The notes: a model not told the origin generated them from the sequence alone. 58,442 nt of DNA from a virus (IMGVR_UViG_3300044641_000792:1-58442), one strand, 5' to 3'; numbered from the stretch's first letter, positions 19,487 to 29,572 are shown. A program made the numbers and translations.

Positions 19487-19506
19487 TACTGTATACGCAT
19501 ACAGCA
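19487..19506. promoter_or_regulatory. LexA (SOS) box
   Basis: TACTGTATACGCATACAGCA = CTGT-N8-ACAG (19489..19504), close to the Gamma/Betaproteobacterial consensus, in a divergent intergenic region. Confidence 0.75.
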
Positions 19507-19635
19507 TGGATAAACGATCAGTGCTTTTCTAGGGTTATCCCTGACAAATATTGCAATAAACTGTAGAAAAACGCTTAAAAGTGTGATACAAACGGGCTCA
19601 GGGAATGACCCCTGCAACCCACTAAGGAAGCGACT

Positions 19636-19821
19636 ATGAAAACAAAGCAGTACACCTTTACAGAGCGCGAACTAATCGTTTTGCGTAATGCGCTTGCAAA
19701 CTATAAATTTACTCTGCCGCTTACAAACCCAAAAAGCGAGTTAAGCGAAAACGCCAAAAAAGAAATGACGCTCACTTATGCGTTACACGATCAATTTAAA
19801 ACCGATGCCCGCATCATTTAA
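19636..19821 (+). CDS. Early hypothetical protein
   Basis: AAGGA RBS; first gene of the plus-strand early cluster. Confidence 0.6.
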   Translation: MKTKQYTFTERELIVLRNALANYKFTLPLTNPKSELSENAKKEMTLTYALHDQFKTDARII

Positions 19822-19831
19822 GGAACTCACC

Positions 19832-20056
19832 ATGCAAGCCAGTACAGAACTAATGCCGACCATCATCCGCGCATTTTGCGAGGAAATAGCACCACTCAAA
19901 GGAACAGAGAAAACCCCCGCCAACATGGAAAAGGGCGCGGAGATCATAAACAGATATGCGGGTTTAGTTCAACTCGCCAACCTTGAAATTCCCCGCGATG
20001 TAGCTTTGCAGATTTTGAAATTCAATTACGCCAACATTAAGAAAGCCGACCAATGA
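19832..20056 (+). CDS. Early hypothetical protein
   Basis: AAGGA RBS before MQASTELMPT. Confidence 0.6.
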   Translation: MQASTELMPTIIRAFCEEIAPLKGTEKTPANMEKGAEIINRYAGLVQLANLEIPRDVALQILKFNYANIKKADQ

Positions 20057-20193
20057 CAGTAAATCAATTTTCAATACTTTGCCACGAATACGGCATCCAT
20101 CCCGACATTGCATTAGAAAACGAGGAATTACGCGAAGCCCTAAAAGCCCGCGACGATAAAAAAGTAATTGAAATTTTAACTAACGAATTTTGA
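20053..20193 (+). CDS. Small early hypothetical protein (46 aa)
   Basis: ATGA overlap; read manually. Confidence 0.5.
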   Translation: MTVNQFSILCHEYGIHPDIALENEELREALKARDDKKVIEILTNEF

Positions 20194-20378
20194 AAGGCTA
20201 CCCCATGAACTCTCACATTTTCACCATTCGCGACAACCTCAAAATTTTAGGTTTTCATTATGTTTTATGGGCGGAGGGTTTATCCATCCGCACCATCTAC
20301 AAAATTTGGATTGCCTACGGGATGACACGCCACGAAGCAAGCCGCCATAGTTCCACTAATTACATCTGAGCCCGACCA

Positions 20379-20579
20379 ATGAAAACCCTTCCTAAATCTT
20401 TGCACACTGTCACCGCATGGGCAAATGTTGCCCGCCACTTAGCCAGTCAGAACGGGCTCTCACCCAATAACGCCGCCCACGCCGCCGCCCACGTTTTGGG
20501 GCTCGAAGAAATGGCGGACACCTACGCCCTGCGCGAAGCAGTAATTAAACAACTTGAAAAGGCTACACCATGCAAATAA
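20379..20579 (+). CDS. Early hypothetical protein
   Basis: ORF track; part of the packed cluster. Confidence 0.5.
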   Translation: MKTLPKSLHTVTAWANVARHLASQNGLSPNNAAHAAAHVLGLEEMADTYALREAVIKQLEKATPCK

Positions 20580-20749
20580 CTGTCACCATCCGCGAAGTGT
20601 ACGGAATAAAAACAGTCTACCCCGTATGCATTACGGCGAAGGTTTTCGCCAGTATCGCGGGCACCAAAACCCTCACCCTTGCAACCCTAAAGAAAATTGA
20701 AGCTTTGGGTTATTCCATCATGCAACAAACTGAGCCGCTCGCGCTCTGA
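20570..20749 (+). CDS. Early hypothetical protein (MQITVTIREVYG...)
   Basis: 59-aa ORF read manually; VYPVC...FASIAGTKTLT. Confidence 0.55.
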   Translation: MQITVTIREVYGIKTVYPVCITAKVFASIAGTKTLTLATLKKIEALGYSIMQQTEPLAL

Positions 20750-20759
20750 AAGGTAAACA

Positions 20760-21035
20760 ATGAGCCACACTCCCGCCCCATGGAAAATTGACGGCGCACA
20801 TAGCACCCGCGTTCTACTGATAAACGATGCCAAAGGCTACGCCATAGGCGAAATTGTAGACACGCGCAACCCTGCCAATGCAAAGCTTATCGCCGCCGCG
20901 CCCGACCTGCTAGAAGCTTTATTGACCGCGCTCCCATTCGTGGAAGATCACGAGGGAAGCGACATATACAAAAGCGGCGCAGTAGCTCGCGCCGTTAAAG
21001 AGATTAGAAACGCAATCGACAGAGCCACTAAATAA
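20760..21035 (+). CDS. Phage hypothetical protein (HTPAPW...ANAKLIAAAPDLLEAL family)
   Basis: Characteristic widespread phage motif. Confidence 0.7.
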   Translation: MSHTPAPWKIDGAHSTRVLLINDAKGYAIGEIVDTRNPANAKLIAAAPDLLEALLTALPFVEDHEGSDIYKSGAVARAVKEIRNAIDRATK

Positions 21036-21046
21036 AGGAAAAAATC

Positions 21047-21322
21047 ATGATTACGCCCGACAATTTCACACGCATCAAAAACGACATAAACGGAAACCCG
21101 CGTTACGTCTGCCATTTTCTAGAATTAGACGTGCATGGCTACCAATCAAACATTTCATTGTCAGATCGCTACGCGATAGCCTGCCGACTGGCGAACACAA
21201 TCGGCGGCAGAAAATACCACAACAAAAGTTACGGCGGCGGAATTGTTTTCCAGTCCTATAACTTGCAACAATTGAGCAACCGCATAAACGAATTGACCAA
21301 CAAACAAGAGGTAACAGTATGA
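21047..21322 (+). CDS. Early hypothetical protein
   Basis: NDINGNPRYV...YHNKSYGGGIVFQSYN; AAGGA RBS. Confidence 0.65.
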   Translation: MITPDNFTRIKNDINGNPRYVCHFLELDVHGYQSNISLSDRYAIACRLANTIGGRKYHNKSYGGGIVFQSYNLQQLSNRINELTNKQEVTV

Positions 21323-21594
21323 AAAAACTAGAATGGCAACCCCTTTGGGATGCAATGGAAGCAGACCCCGCCGCATGGATTCCCACCACTAAAGCAATGT
21401 ATTGGGAAATGCTCGAAGTGCTACCGCCGCGAGCACAAACCCGCCGCGCTTTTTTGGTGGGCGAGCCGCTCACCAGTAACGCCGAAGGCTTTCCCGTTTA
21501 CTCATGCTTTAAGAAAACGGGCGACGACTATCACGCAAAAAATATGACACTCGAAGAATTTAGAAACATTACCGCTTGGGAGATGACGACATGA
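21319..21594 (+). CDS. Hypothetical protein (YWEMLEVLPP...FLVGEP family)
   Basis: Conserved motif; ATGA coupling. Confidence 0.6.
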   Translation: MKKLEWQPLWDAMEADPAAWIPTTKAMYWEMLEVLPPRAQTRRAFLVGEPLTSNAEGFPVYSCFKKTGDDYHAKNMTLEEFRNITAWEMTT

Positions 21595-22073
21595 AAATCG
21601 AATTAAAAGCCCTCAAATATTCAGACTTTGCCAGTCAGGAAACGCATTGCTTTCATGCCAATATTTATATTGACGGGAAAAAAGCAGGATGGGCAGAGAA
21701 CAACGGGCATGGAGGAATGACCTCAATTCACCCTCACCAACTCTACACGACGATTAGACAATGCACAGACAAAATACCGCCGCGCATCGTCAAATACGGC
21801 GACACAGAAATGAGCATCGACACTTCGCCCGATTCTTACATCGACGAATTGGTGACTCTCGCGCTACATGAAAGGGACTTGAAAAGGGCAATGAAAACGC
21901 GGATTTTATTCACACGCGGAAACCAGGTTTTTGAGACGCAAAAATTTGATGCGGCAAAACTTAGCGCGGCAGTCAATCACCCGCAGGTCTGCGAAAAGTT
22001 AGACGCTGACAAAATTCTAAACCTTCTGCCAATTGCTGAAGCTTTGGAAATCTACGCAACGAGGATGCGATGA
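21591..22073 (+). CDS. Hypothetical protein
   Basis: SQETHCFHANIYIDGK...ENNGHGG; start reassigned to 21591. Confidence 0.65.
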   Translation: MKIELKALKYSDFASQETHCFHANIYIDGKKAGWAENNGHGGMTSIHPHQLYTTIRQCTDKIPPRIVKYGDTEMSIDTSPDSYIDELVTLALHERDLKRAMKTRILFTRGNQVFETQKFDAAKLSAAVNHPQVCEKLDADKILNLLPIAEALEIYATRMR

Positions 22074-22273
22074 AAATTTGGGAGCAATACACAGAGGATG
22101 GCATAAACGACTTAGCCCGCGAAGCATTAGACGCGGCTTGTCTACTGATACAAACGCGCCTCGGCGTAGAGACTGGCGACCTCGCGGGAATGTTTTTTGA
22201 CGATGACCGCGTAGAGGAAAGCTTTAGAAATTACATCCGCTCCGAACTACATTGGGCACAATATGAAGACTGA
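22070..22273 (+). CDS. Hypothetical protein
   Basis: Coupled ORF. Confidence 0.55.
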   Translation: MKIWEQYTEDGINDLAREALDAACLLIQTRLGVETGDLAGMFFDDDRVEESFRNYIRSELHWAQYED

Positions 22274-22462
22274 AAACGATTACATAAAGGCGGGCTACCG
22301 CTACGAAAAAGCAAAGAGTAACACCCAAGCCCACAAGCTTAGGGCGTGGCTTGTCTCTGAGGTTGAGCAAAACCAGGAATTTAAAACCTTAATTCTGCGG
22401 CTCTTTGAACAGGGCAGATCGGAGGCGCGACTATCCTAAGCACAGATAAATTAAAAAAACCC

Positions 22463-22491
22463 TTGACAACTTAGAATGTACCTGATACATA
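22463..22491 (+). promoter_or_regulatory. Putative sigma70 promoter (TTGACA) with TACCTGATACAT operator-like motif
   Basis: Perfect -35 at 22463..22468, weak -10, A-rich UP-like tract upstream. Confidence 0.5.
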
Positions 22492-22522
22492 GGCAACATA
22501 CCAACCACACAGGAGCAATCAA

Positions 22523-22744
22523 ATGTATGAAGTAATTGAACACAAAGTATGGAAGCACACCAACGGGCGAACCGCCTCGCTTTATGGTTCCGTACCTTAT
22601 TTGTCTGCCGAAGAAAAGCAGAACTGGAAAGTTGAAACAGTTGGTTTTACTGTACGCAACAACCACACAAACACTGTCGGCATTGGTCGCAAACCTTGGG
22701 CAACCAAGGCGGAGGCTGAAGCTTGGATCAATTCACACCAGTAA
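22523..22744 (+). CDS. Hypothetical protein
   Basis: AGGAG RBS. Confidence 0.6.
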   Translation: MYEVIEHKVWKHTNGRTASLYGSVPYLSAEEKQNWKVETVGFTVRNNHTNTVGIGRKPWATKAEAEAWINSHQ

Positions 22745-22755
22745 GGAGAAACAAA

Positions 22756-23256
22756 ATGTTACAACTTGAAAGATTTAATGTCCGCATCTTAAACAAAGGC
22801 GACAAGTACGGGCGCGAGTTTTGCCTGACGCATGACGAAGACAAACCGATTGTGGAGTTTTACGACCGCCGCTATCCGCACACGCAATACGGGCAGTTTG
22901 TGAGCCGCTACTATGTGGGCACCCTGCTTGGGCTTGACGGATTCTATGGGGGCGAACCGACTGGCGGGCTTTGCTTGGATGGCGGCAACGCTGATTCATG
23001 GACTGTATCCGCCGAAGACATGATCTTGGTTCGCGCCTACCTTCAGGCGATGACGGGCACACCCATGAAATTAGATGCACCCTCTCCCAAGGCTATCAGG
23101 TGGGAACTGAGGGTTATATGGAGTGACGGCGAAGTGGAAGTGATGAGCAAATCCCTGCCCGAATCGTTGTTCAATGAGATTCAGCAACACATCGTTGACT
23201 TAGAAGATCTGCGCGAACACGACCCAGAAATGTACTTTTTGGAGAACGGGAAATGA
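22756..23256 (+). CDS. Hypothetical protein
   Basis: AAGGAG RBS before MLQLERF; VEFYD...GQFVSRYY...GLCLDGG. Confidence 0.65.
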   Translation: MLQLERFNVRILNKGDKYGREFCLTHDEDKPIVEFYDRRYPHTQYGQFVSRYYVGTLLGLDGFYGGEPTGGLCLDGGNADSWTVSAEDMILVRAYLQAMTGTPMKLDAPSPKAIRWELRVIWSDGEVEVMSKSLPESLFNEIQQHIVDLEDLREHDPEMYFLENGK

Positions 23257-23438
23257 AACCCTACGAAGTAATCATTAGAGCGATCATTGTTAAATCAATT
23301 CGCGTACAGGCTGACTCACAGGAGGAGGCTATTGAAACGGCACACGATCTGTTTACATCAGATTGCGACGACCAAGAACTGAGATACGAACAAGAAACGA
23401 TAGACGTTTTACAACCCGAACTAATCACAGGAGAATAA
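23253..23438 (+). CDS. Small hypothetical protein (V.A.S.EEA family)
   Basis: Related pattern in 24021..24206 and 25527..25703. Confidence 0.55.
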   Translation: MKPYEVIIRAIIVKSIRVQADSQEEAIETAHDLFTSDCDDQELRYEQETIDVLQPELITGE

Positions 23439-23440
23439 TC

Positions 23441-23821
23441 ATGGGCTTTTTTTCTAAAACTTGCGCTAAAACACACCTGCCAGTCGTTGCTGACTGCAAA
23501 GGACTGCCACGCCTGAACGAGATCGTCGTTCTATATCCCAACGGGACAAAGTTGGAGGGTTCCTACGACGGCTACGGCAGGGTGAACGGCATTGATCTAC
23601 TGCCTGACGGCTACGTTGAGAAGAAGTGGGATGCAATTAAGTTTGTCCTGAAAGACAAGTACGCGGGCGAATCCTACAAAGAGTTGGGCAAATCAGGGGA
23701 CGAGTTGGCACAGGGCTACTTCATGTCCGACCGCTTCCTACTGCACTGCATGAAGGTTGGATCGTTCGCAAGCTACGCCGACTACAAGAAGGCGATGCAC
23801 AAGTACGGCGACTGGCTATGA
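23441..23821 (+). CDS. Hypothetical protein (MGFFSKTC...YDGYG)
   Basis: AGGAG RBS; start reassigned. Confidence 0.6.
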   Translation: MGFFSKTCAKTHLPVVADCKGLPRLNEIVVLYPNGTKLEGSYDGYGRVNGIDLLPDGYVEKKWDAIKFVLKDKYAGESYKELGKSGDELAQGYFMSDRFLLHCMKVGSFASYADYKKAMHKYGDWL

Positions 23822-24024
23822 ATTACGAGGACTACCCGCACGAGATAGTCCACATTGAAACCAATCGGACTATCGGCGAATACAAGAACTACGCACAAGC
23901 ATACGCCGCCTATGAAAGACTGGGCACAGGCAACGATGGCATGACCGATCACGCCATAGCACCAATCATGGTATACGATAAAACTACCCGCACCTATGTG
24001 CCAAAACCAGGAAAAAGTAAATGA
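23818..24024 (+). CDS. Hypothetical protein
   Basis: ATGA-coupled ORF. Confidence 0.5.
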   Translation: MNYEDYPHEIVHIETNRTIGEYKNYAQAYAAYERLGTGNDGMTDHAIAPIMVYDKTTRTYVPKPGKSK

Positions 24025-24206
24025 AAACATATCAAGCAATGATTCAGGTCAGCTACTGGGTTCAAGTAGAGGCTGAAGCAATGACCGAAGAACAAGCAAG
24101 AGAATTGCTAGAAGCAAAGGCATGGTCTGACCATCTTCGCGCCGATGGTGAGGTGACAGTCTTTGATGTAGAAGAAGTAAAAATCTATGGGCTTGAGGAA
24201 GCATGA
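24021..24206 (+). CDS. Small hypothetical protein
   Basis: VEAEAMTEEQA; coupled ORF. Confidence 0.5.
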   Translation: MKTYQAMIQVSYWVQVEAEAMTEEQARELLEAKAWSDHLRADGEVTVFDVEEVKIYGLEEA

Positions 24207-24221
24207 AGGCAAGATAAGCCA

Positions 24222-24836
24222 ATGAAGATACTGCCGATAAACAGGTTTGAGGTTGAGCCTTGGCTACTCAAGAAACATTACGCAAGAAGAATGTGTTCAA
24301 TCTCTTTTGCTTTTGGGCTTTACATCAATGAACAGTTGGAGGGTGTCATAACCTACGGCTTACCCGCAAGCCCATTCCTTTGCATGGGCGTATGCGGGAT
24401 TGACAACAAGGATATTGTTCTTGAGTTGAGTAGGGTCTGCCTGAATGACGGCATAAAAAATGGTGCGTCTTTCCTAGTTGGTAAGAGTTTGCAGATGCTA
24501 CCCAAGCCCACCATCGTTGTGTCCTATGCGGATACGGCGATGGATCACATTGGGTACATCTATCAGGCAAGTAACTTTTTATTTACAGGCACAACCAAAG
24601 AGAGAACCGACATGGCGGGCGAAGATGGGAAGCACTCACGACACAACCTTGGGAACTCAGACAACAGGATCAACAGGAGCGCGAAGCACCGCTATATCTT
24701 TTTTGTGGGCACCAAGGCACAGAAAAGAAACCTGCTCATGCAATTGAACTATGAAATCCAACCCTACCCGAAAGGAGAATCAAAAAAATACGATGCCAGT
24801 CACCCAGTCATAACGCAAAAAATGCTATTCACATAA
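24222..24836 (+). CDS. Mom-like GNAT-fold DNA modification protein
   Basis: KKHYARR, GVITYG, LELSRVCL, SFLVGKSL, VVSYAD...HIGYIYQASNF: the motif series of the Mu Mom family. Confidence 0.75.
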   Translation: MKILPINRFEVEPWLLKKHYARRMCSISFAFGLYINEQLEGVITYGLPASPFLCMGVCGIDNKDIVLELSRVCLNDGIKNGASFLVGKSLQMLPKPTIVVSYADTAMDHIGYIYQASNFLFTGTTKERTDMAGEDGKHSRHNLGNSDNRINRSAKHRYIFFVGTKAQKRNLLMQLNYEIQPYPKGESKKYDASHPVITQKMLFT

Positions 24837-24860
24837 ACCAGGATATTCAAAGGAAACAAA

Positions 24861-25361
24861 ATGCCAAATTGGTGCAACAACGAAATGACAATCTCACACG
24901 CCGACCCATACATGATTCAACGGGCGGCAGACGCATGGAACAGGGGAGAATTCTTAAGTGACTTTATCCCTGAGCCGAAGTACATTGAACCGACAGAAGG
25001 CGGCGGGCAGATGCCCGACTGGTGGCACTGGAGGATCGCCAACTGGGGAGTAAAGTGGGACTTAGGCAAAGGCAAGTACAACGAAGAAGCAGAAGTTCAG
25101 AATGGTAGCTTCAGTGTAGGGTTTGAAAGCCCTTGGTCGCCGCCAGTCGAAGCTTACAAGAAGCTGGTCGAGATGGGATTCAAGATCGAAGCCTACTATT
25201 TTGAAGGCGGCATAGGTTTCTGCGGCTCATTCATTGAGTACGACAATGAGTATTCCTTAGAGGGTCTGACTCCCGCGCAGATACGCAAGCGAATCCCTTC
25301 TAAGTTAAACAAGATGTTTGGCATAGCCGAGTGGTACGAGGAGATGTTAAGTGAGCAATAA
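24861..25361 (+). CDS. DUF1281/YubB ferredoxin-like family protein
   Basis: MPNWCNN...WWHWRIANWGVKWD...FESPWSPP...YYFEGG. Confidence 0.7.
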   Translation: MPNWCNNEMTISHADPYMIQRAADAWNRGEFLSDFIPEPKYIEPTEGGGQMPDWWHWRIANWGVKWDLGKGKYNEEAEVQNGSFSVGFESPWSPPVEAYKKLVEMGFKIEAYYFEGGIGFCGSFIEYDNEYSLEGLTPAQIRKRIPSKLNKMFGIAEWYEEMLSEQ

Positions 25362-25665
25362 TCAAACCCGCAAATACCCGCGCACAATGAACGAGGCATT
25401 TCCTAATTCGCCTGAGTACGCACAGGCTATTGAGAGATGCGACACACACGCAGGATCAGGTCTGTTTGAATTCATCCTGCTCCTGATTATCCTAGCCGCG
25501 CTCGCCTTTTCTATTGCTTGGTGGCTATGAAATACCGCGTTAGGTTACAAAGAACCTACGAGTTTGAGCTGGAGCTGGACGCAGAATCTAAAGAGGAGAT
25601 AATGCGTTTAGTTCTAAGCACAGACGACACACCCGAAGCACACACTACTAGGATCGTGAGTATCA

Positions 25666-25863
25666 ATGAAGAAGCAAGCCCTATTCGCGATCTTTTTACA
25701 TGAGATGGACGATGGCACAGTATATGTCACCGCCGACATTATCGGCGAGGGAGATCACATCTTTGACATAGGCAGTGACATCCTCCAAAGCATCAAACTT
25801 ATGAGCCAGTTAGATGATAACGTGAGGCTAGTTAAGCCTCAAGTATCACAATACTTTCAGTAA
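25666..25863 (+). CDS. Hypothetical protein
   Basis: Last ORF of the plus-strand cluster. Confidence 0.5.
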   Translation: MKKQALFAIFLHEMDDGTVYVTADIIGEGDHIFDIGSDILQSIKLMSQLDDNVRLVKPQVSQYFQ

Positions 25864-26661
25864 GCTTTGCCCGAAGGTGAAATTGCCAAGCCTGACATGA
25901 GTGTCGTTGGCATCTTCCCCGACCACATCGCTCATCCAATACTTCCAACCTATCTCTTTAGCTACCCGCTCCCCTGTCCCGCTCGCATCGTTGTCAGCCA
26001 CCACAATTCCAGGCTTTAAGTCTGCCGCGATCTTCTTCATGTTCCCTGCGCTAAAGCACACATGAATAACATACCTCCGTTTGAACCGCTTAAGCACGGA
26101 TTGAATGGACAATGCGGTAGCGTACCCTTCGCAAAGAATATCCACCCCGCCGTTGTCAATCTTGATCTCGGCATTACTGGTGCGCTGGCCGTACAGAAAC
26201 TTCTTTCCCCCGTCTTGGTCGATCATCTGACAACCTACCAAGTGACCCTGCACACGCATAGGCAAAATCAAAAACTGTTTACCCTCATGCACCCAGATAT
26301 AACCCTCGGCATCAGGGAACCCCTTGCGTTTGAGGTAGTCGTGCCGACCCAACTGACATGACTTCATTATGAAAGCCGCCTTGTTTGCCGCCTCCCTTTG
26401 GTCTGCCCTGCGCTTATCCTCTACCGCCTGTAGATCACGGGCAATCTTAGCCCTGTCAATCTTGACTGGCGTATCCGGTTGCCACACGGACACCTCAGTA
26501 TCCATCGCGTGGTTCTGCACAAAAGCATGGTCGCCCATGAACTTGACCGCGCCGTTTCTTTTATTGGGATGGTCGTCAGTCGGGTACCTACGCCACACAC
26601 CGATAGGTGGGGGCGAGTCGATCAGAATCCCATGCGCTCTGCAAAAGTTAATCAGTTCCAT
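25846..26661 (-). CDS. Toprim-domain DNA primase
   Basis: CEGYATALS and VADNDASGTG Toprim motifs, DAND C-terminus; start likely MELINF at 26661. Confidence 0.8.
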   Translation of the reverse strand: MELINFCRAHGILIDSPPPIGVWRRYPTDDHPNKRNGAVKFMGDHAFVQNHAMDTEVSVWQPDTPVKIDRAKIARDLQAVEDKRRADQREAANKAAFIMKSCQLGRHDYLKRKGFPDAEGYIWVHEGKQFLILPMRVQGHLVGCQMIDQDGGKKFLYGQRTSNAEIKIDNGGVDILCEGYATALSIQSVLKRFKRRYVIHVCFSAGNMKKIAADLKPGIVVADNDASGTGERVAKEIGWKYWMSDVVGEDANDTHVRLGNFTFGQSLLKVL

Positions 26662-27242
26662 CAGGCAGTCCACCATTGTTCAGCCATCGCATCAGCTATC
26701 CCCTGAAAGGTTTCGCTCCGAAGCTTCCACCTGTCATCGCTTGGTGGGAGGTAATGCAACCGCTCCCGCTTGTTCTTGGGTAGCTCCATCATCTGCGCTT
26801 TCACATCGTTGGTTGGATAAAGCACAGGCAAATTCTTTAACCACAGACAGGTAGCTTTCTGCTCCATGTGACCAAACATCCAAGGCTGAATGATCTGATC
26901 GGGCTTTCGCCACAACCTAGACATGATGCAGATAGGATTCTCAATCGCTATCCGAGGGATATCAGACTTGGCAAGCATCATAAAGAACGAGGCACTCATC
27001 TGCTGAGAGCCATTCATTTTCTTTCTCTCAAACCAAGCCGCGCCAGACACAGACAAGTCGGTGCATGGTGGGTGGGCAATCATCAAGTCCCAAGGGTAGT
27101 CCATCACATCTCGCACATCCCCTTGATAGTGAGGGCCAGGTTTTTCTGTCGGGAGCAGGTCACATGACATGGCCTCATGCCCCTTGGCTATGAACGAATC
27201 ACGCACACGCCCTGAGTATTCACACGCTACTAGAACTCTCAT
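26661..27242 (-). CDS. DNA cytosine methyltransferase-like protein
   Basis: VLVACEYSG (motif I variant), AHPPCTDLS (motif IV), IENPI (motif VI). Confidence 0.75.
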   Translation of the reverse strand: MRVLVACEYSGRVRDSFIAKGHEAMSCDLLPTEKPGPHYQGDVRDVMDYPWDLMIAHPPCTDLSVSGAAWFERKKMNGSQQMSASFFMMLAKSDIPRIAIENPICIMSRLWRKPDQIIQPWMFGHMEQKATCLWLKNLPVLYPTNDVKAQMMELPKNKRERLHYLPPSDDRWKLRSETFQGIADAMAEQWWTA

Positions 27243-28717
27243 TGCTTTCTCCTGATCTGCCTGATGTACCGCTTGATGCCAGCGTCTACAAAGTTAGCCA
27301 CATCCCTACTTGGTAGCTTGGGCATATCGTGCAACTGCCTAGGCCACACGCCAAACTTTTCTTTGTACACGTTCGCGGCTCGCCCGCTCGACCACCCTTG
27401 GTTCCTGACGTAGTACTGAAGCATCGACCAAAACTCCTGCTTCACATCCCGCGTTGCCAAGTTGGAACCCAACTCAACCAACTCACCCTCTACCTCGGTG
27501 ATCTTGTTCTTACGCTCGCGTACATGACCACAGTTAAGGCAAGAGTCTAGGCGCGGAGGGAAGTACGCCTCACACTTGGGACACTTGCACTCAGACTTTT
27601 CCTTATCGCTTGGCTCGGTCTTGGGCTTCTCTTTCCCGTCATCCAGTACATGAACACCGTTCTCAAACACATCGTCCCACTCCTCGCGGAACCGCATATA
27701 GTTTCCGGAATGGTCAAGCCACACCGCGTATTCTTTGGACGTATGACCACGCATAACCCGCCCCATCTGTTGGATGTGGGAGGAGAGAGACTTGGTGAAA
27801 GGTCTAGCCGACACGCCGATCATTACGTCAGGCACATCAAACCCCTTGGTCAGGATGTCAGTGGCAATCAGGCCGTGGATGGTGGTATCAGGCTTAGAGA
27901 AGTCTTCAATCACATCCTTCTTGAACTCATCGTCATCTCTGTAGCTGATGCTCACAAAGTTAAACCCCGCCTTGGCAAACTCTTGGGCTAAGTGGGCACC
28001 ATGAGCCACGCCCGAACAGAACACAATGGTCTTGACTGGCTTACCAAATATCTCATTGGTCTTACGTACCCACGTAGCCACGATGTCGCCCGTGATCTTG
28101 ATGCCGCGCTCGGTAGATTCCTTCTGCGACCACTCGCCCGCCACCTTCTTGGCTCCCGTCATGTCAATCTCTTTAGAGATAAACACACGCAAGGGCACAA
28201 GAACCTTGGCCTCCACCAACTCTTTCGTTGTGACTGTAGAGATTACGTTCTCATACACCCGACCCAATCCCTTGGTGAATGGGGTAGCCGTCAGGCCAAT
28301 GACCCGAACGTCAGGATTGTTGTTGATGAAATCAACTGTAGCTTGCCGCGTCTGATGCGCTTCATCCACAATCATTAGGTTCAAACCAGGAAACTCACCC
28401 CTTCTCTCAAGCGTCTGAGCAGAGCAGACTTGAATGTTCTCGTATGGCCTGTCCCGCCAATGACCTGACTGTAGTACGCCATGATCTATGTCGTACTTGT
28501 CTAGGCGTAGGCTTGTCTGATCGCACAGGATGATCCTGTCCACAATCATCGCGCCCTTGTTGCCCTTCTTCTTGGTGGCTTCTAGCAATGCTATCGCCAT
28601 CTCAGTCTTGCCCGCCCCCGTAGGTGCGTAAAGGATTTGTCTACGCATTCCTGCGGCAAACCCCTTACGCAAGGCTTCCAATGTACTGGCCTGATACGGC
28701 CTTAGTTCTAGTCCCAT
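27239..28717 (-). CDS. Superfamily 2 (DEAH/SSL2-like) helicase with C-terminal Zn ribbon
   Basis: LRPYQ, APTGAGKT, DEAH, TATP, QQMGRVMR, CPKC...CLNC. Confidence 0.9.
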   Translation of the reverse strand: MGLELRPYQASTLEALRKGFAAGMRRQILYAPTGAGKTEMAIALLEATKKKGNKGAMIVDRIILCDQTSLRLDKYDIDHGVLQSGHWRDRPYENIQVCSAQTLERRGEFPGLNLMIVDEAHQTRQATVDFINNNPDVRVIGLTATPFTKGLGRVYENVISTVTTKELVEAKVLVPLRVFISKEIDMTGAKKVAGEWSQKESTERGIKITGDIVATWVRKTNEIFGKPVKTIVFCSGVAHGAHLAQEFAKAGFNFVSISYRDDDEFKKDVIEDFSKPDTTIHGLIATDILTKGFDVPDVMIGVSARPFTKSLSSHIQQMGRVMRGHTSKEYAVWLDHSGNYMRFREEWDDVFENGVHVLDDGKEKPKTEPSDKEKSECKCPKCEAYFPPRLDSCLNCGHVRERKNKITEVEGELVELGSNLATRDVKQEFWSMLQYYVRNQGWSSGRAANVYKEKFGVWPRQLHDMPKLPSRDVANFVDAGIKRYIRQIRRKQ

Positions 28718-28762
28718 ATAAACTCCACTGTCGGCACACAAGCCCGCCGACTTGGGCTTTTC

Positions 28763-29572
28763 TTACAACCCCGCCGCCTTGAGTTTCTTTTGAAGCATGG
28801 CGACCTGCTTCTTGAGTTGTCCGTTCTCTGTCTGGTATGAGTTACGGGTGATCTTGATGGCCTCTAACTCCGCCTCAAGCACACGAATTCTTTCCCTTAA
28901 CTCTGCGATTTTTTCTGTCGCATTGTTCTTTTCCTCGGCAGTTCCCGTCATCTGCTTAACCGCCAGCTTGTCCTTTAACTGCTCATTCTCTGCGGCAAGG
29001 GACTCTAATAGCTCAGCCTGTGGGTCGTACTTGAACTCCTCTTCCTTCGGTGGGATCGGCTCCGCCTTGGTGTTGATTGCTTCGCTTGTGGCCTTGCGCT
29101 CAAAGGTATTGCCACCCATCTTGTACTTGACTGTATCGGGCTTGACGTTCAGCTCGGCCTTGATCTTGCGAACGTACTCACCAGATACGCGGCAAGCCTT
29201 GGCGATCTCAGCGTTGTTCCACTCGCACCACTCAAAGTCTTGGAGCATATCCACGACACACTTGCGCTTGTCTGCATTGGTTCTCGGCAACCCGTTGTCA
29301 GCATTGGCACCCTTGGAAAAGAGGATGGCATCCCGAAGTGTGCCTGTCACAACGTTGCAACACATGCTCGTCTTACCTAGCTTTTTGGTAGCAAAGTAAC
29401 GATGGAAGCCATCGGCCAAGTAATACTCTAGCCCATTGAAATAGACTGTAACTTCAGGGAACTTATCCCCTGCCGCCATGTCTTGGGCGTAGTTGTCGAT
29501 CTGCTCCTGGTTAATGACGGCGCGGGACTGGGTGCCTCCGTCTATGCGAAGCACGTTTAGATTCAAGATCAT
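28763..29572 (-). CDS. ParB/Srx N-terminal domain protein with HTH and coiled coil
   Basis: GTQSR...YYLADGFHRYFA...ANADNGLPRT; NAEIAKACRVS HTH. Confidence 0.75.
   Translation of the reverse strand: MILNLNVLRIDGGTQSRAVINQEQIDNYAQDMAAGDKFPEVTVYFNGLEYYLADGFHRYFATKKLGKTSMCCNVVTGTLRDAILFSKGANADNGLPRTNADKRKCVVDMLQDFEWCEWNNAEIAKACRVSGEYVRKIKAELNVKPDTVKYKMGGNTFERKATSEAINTKAEPIPPKEEEFKYDPQAELLESLAAENEQLKDKLAVKQMTGTAEEKNNATEKIAELRERIRVLEAELEAIKITRNSYQTENGQLKKQVAMLQKKLKAAGL

Noticed and set aside
28730-28761. AAGCCC...GGGCTTTT hairpin between the ParB-like and helicase genes
   Set aside because: The U-tract is on the non-coding strand and the stem is short; too weak to call as a terminator or switch.
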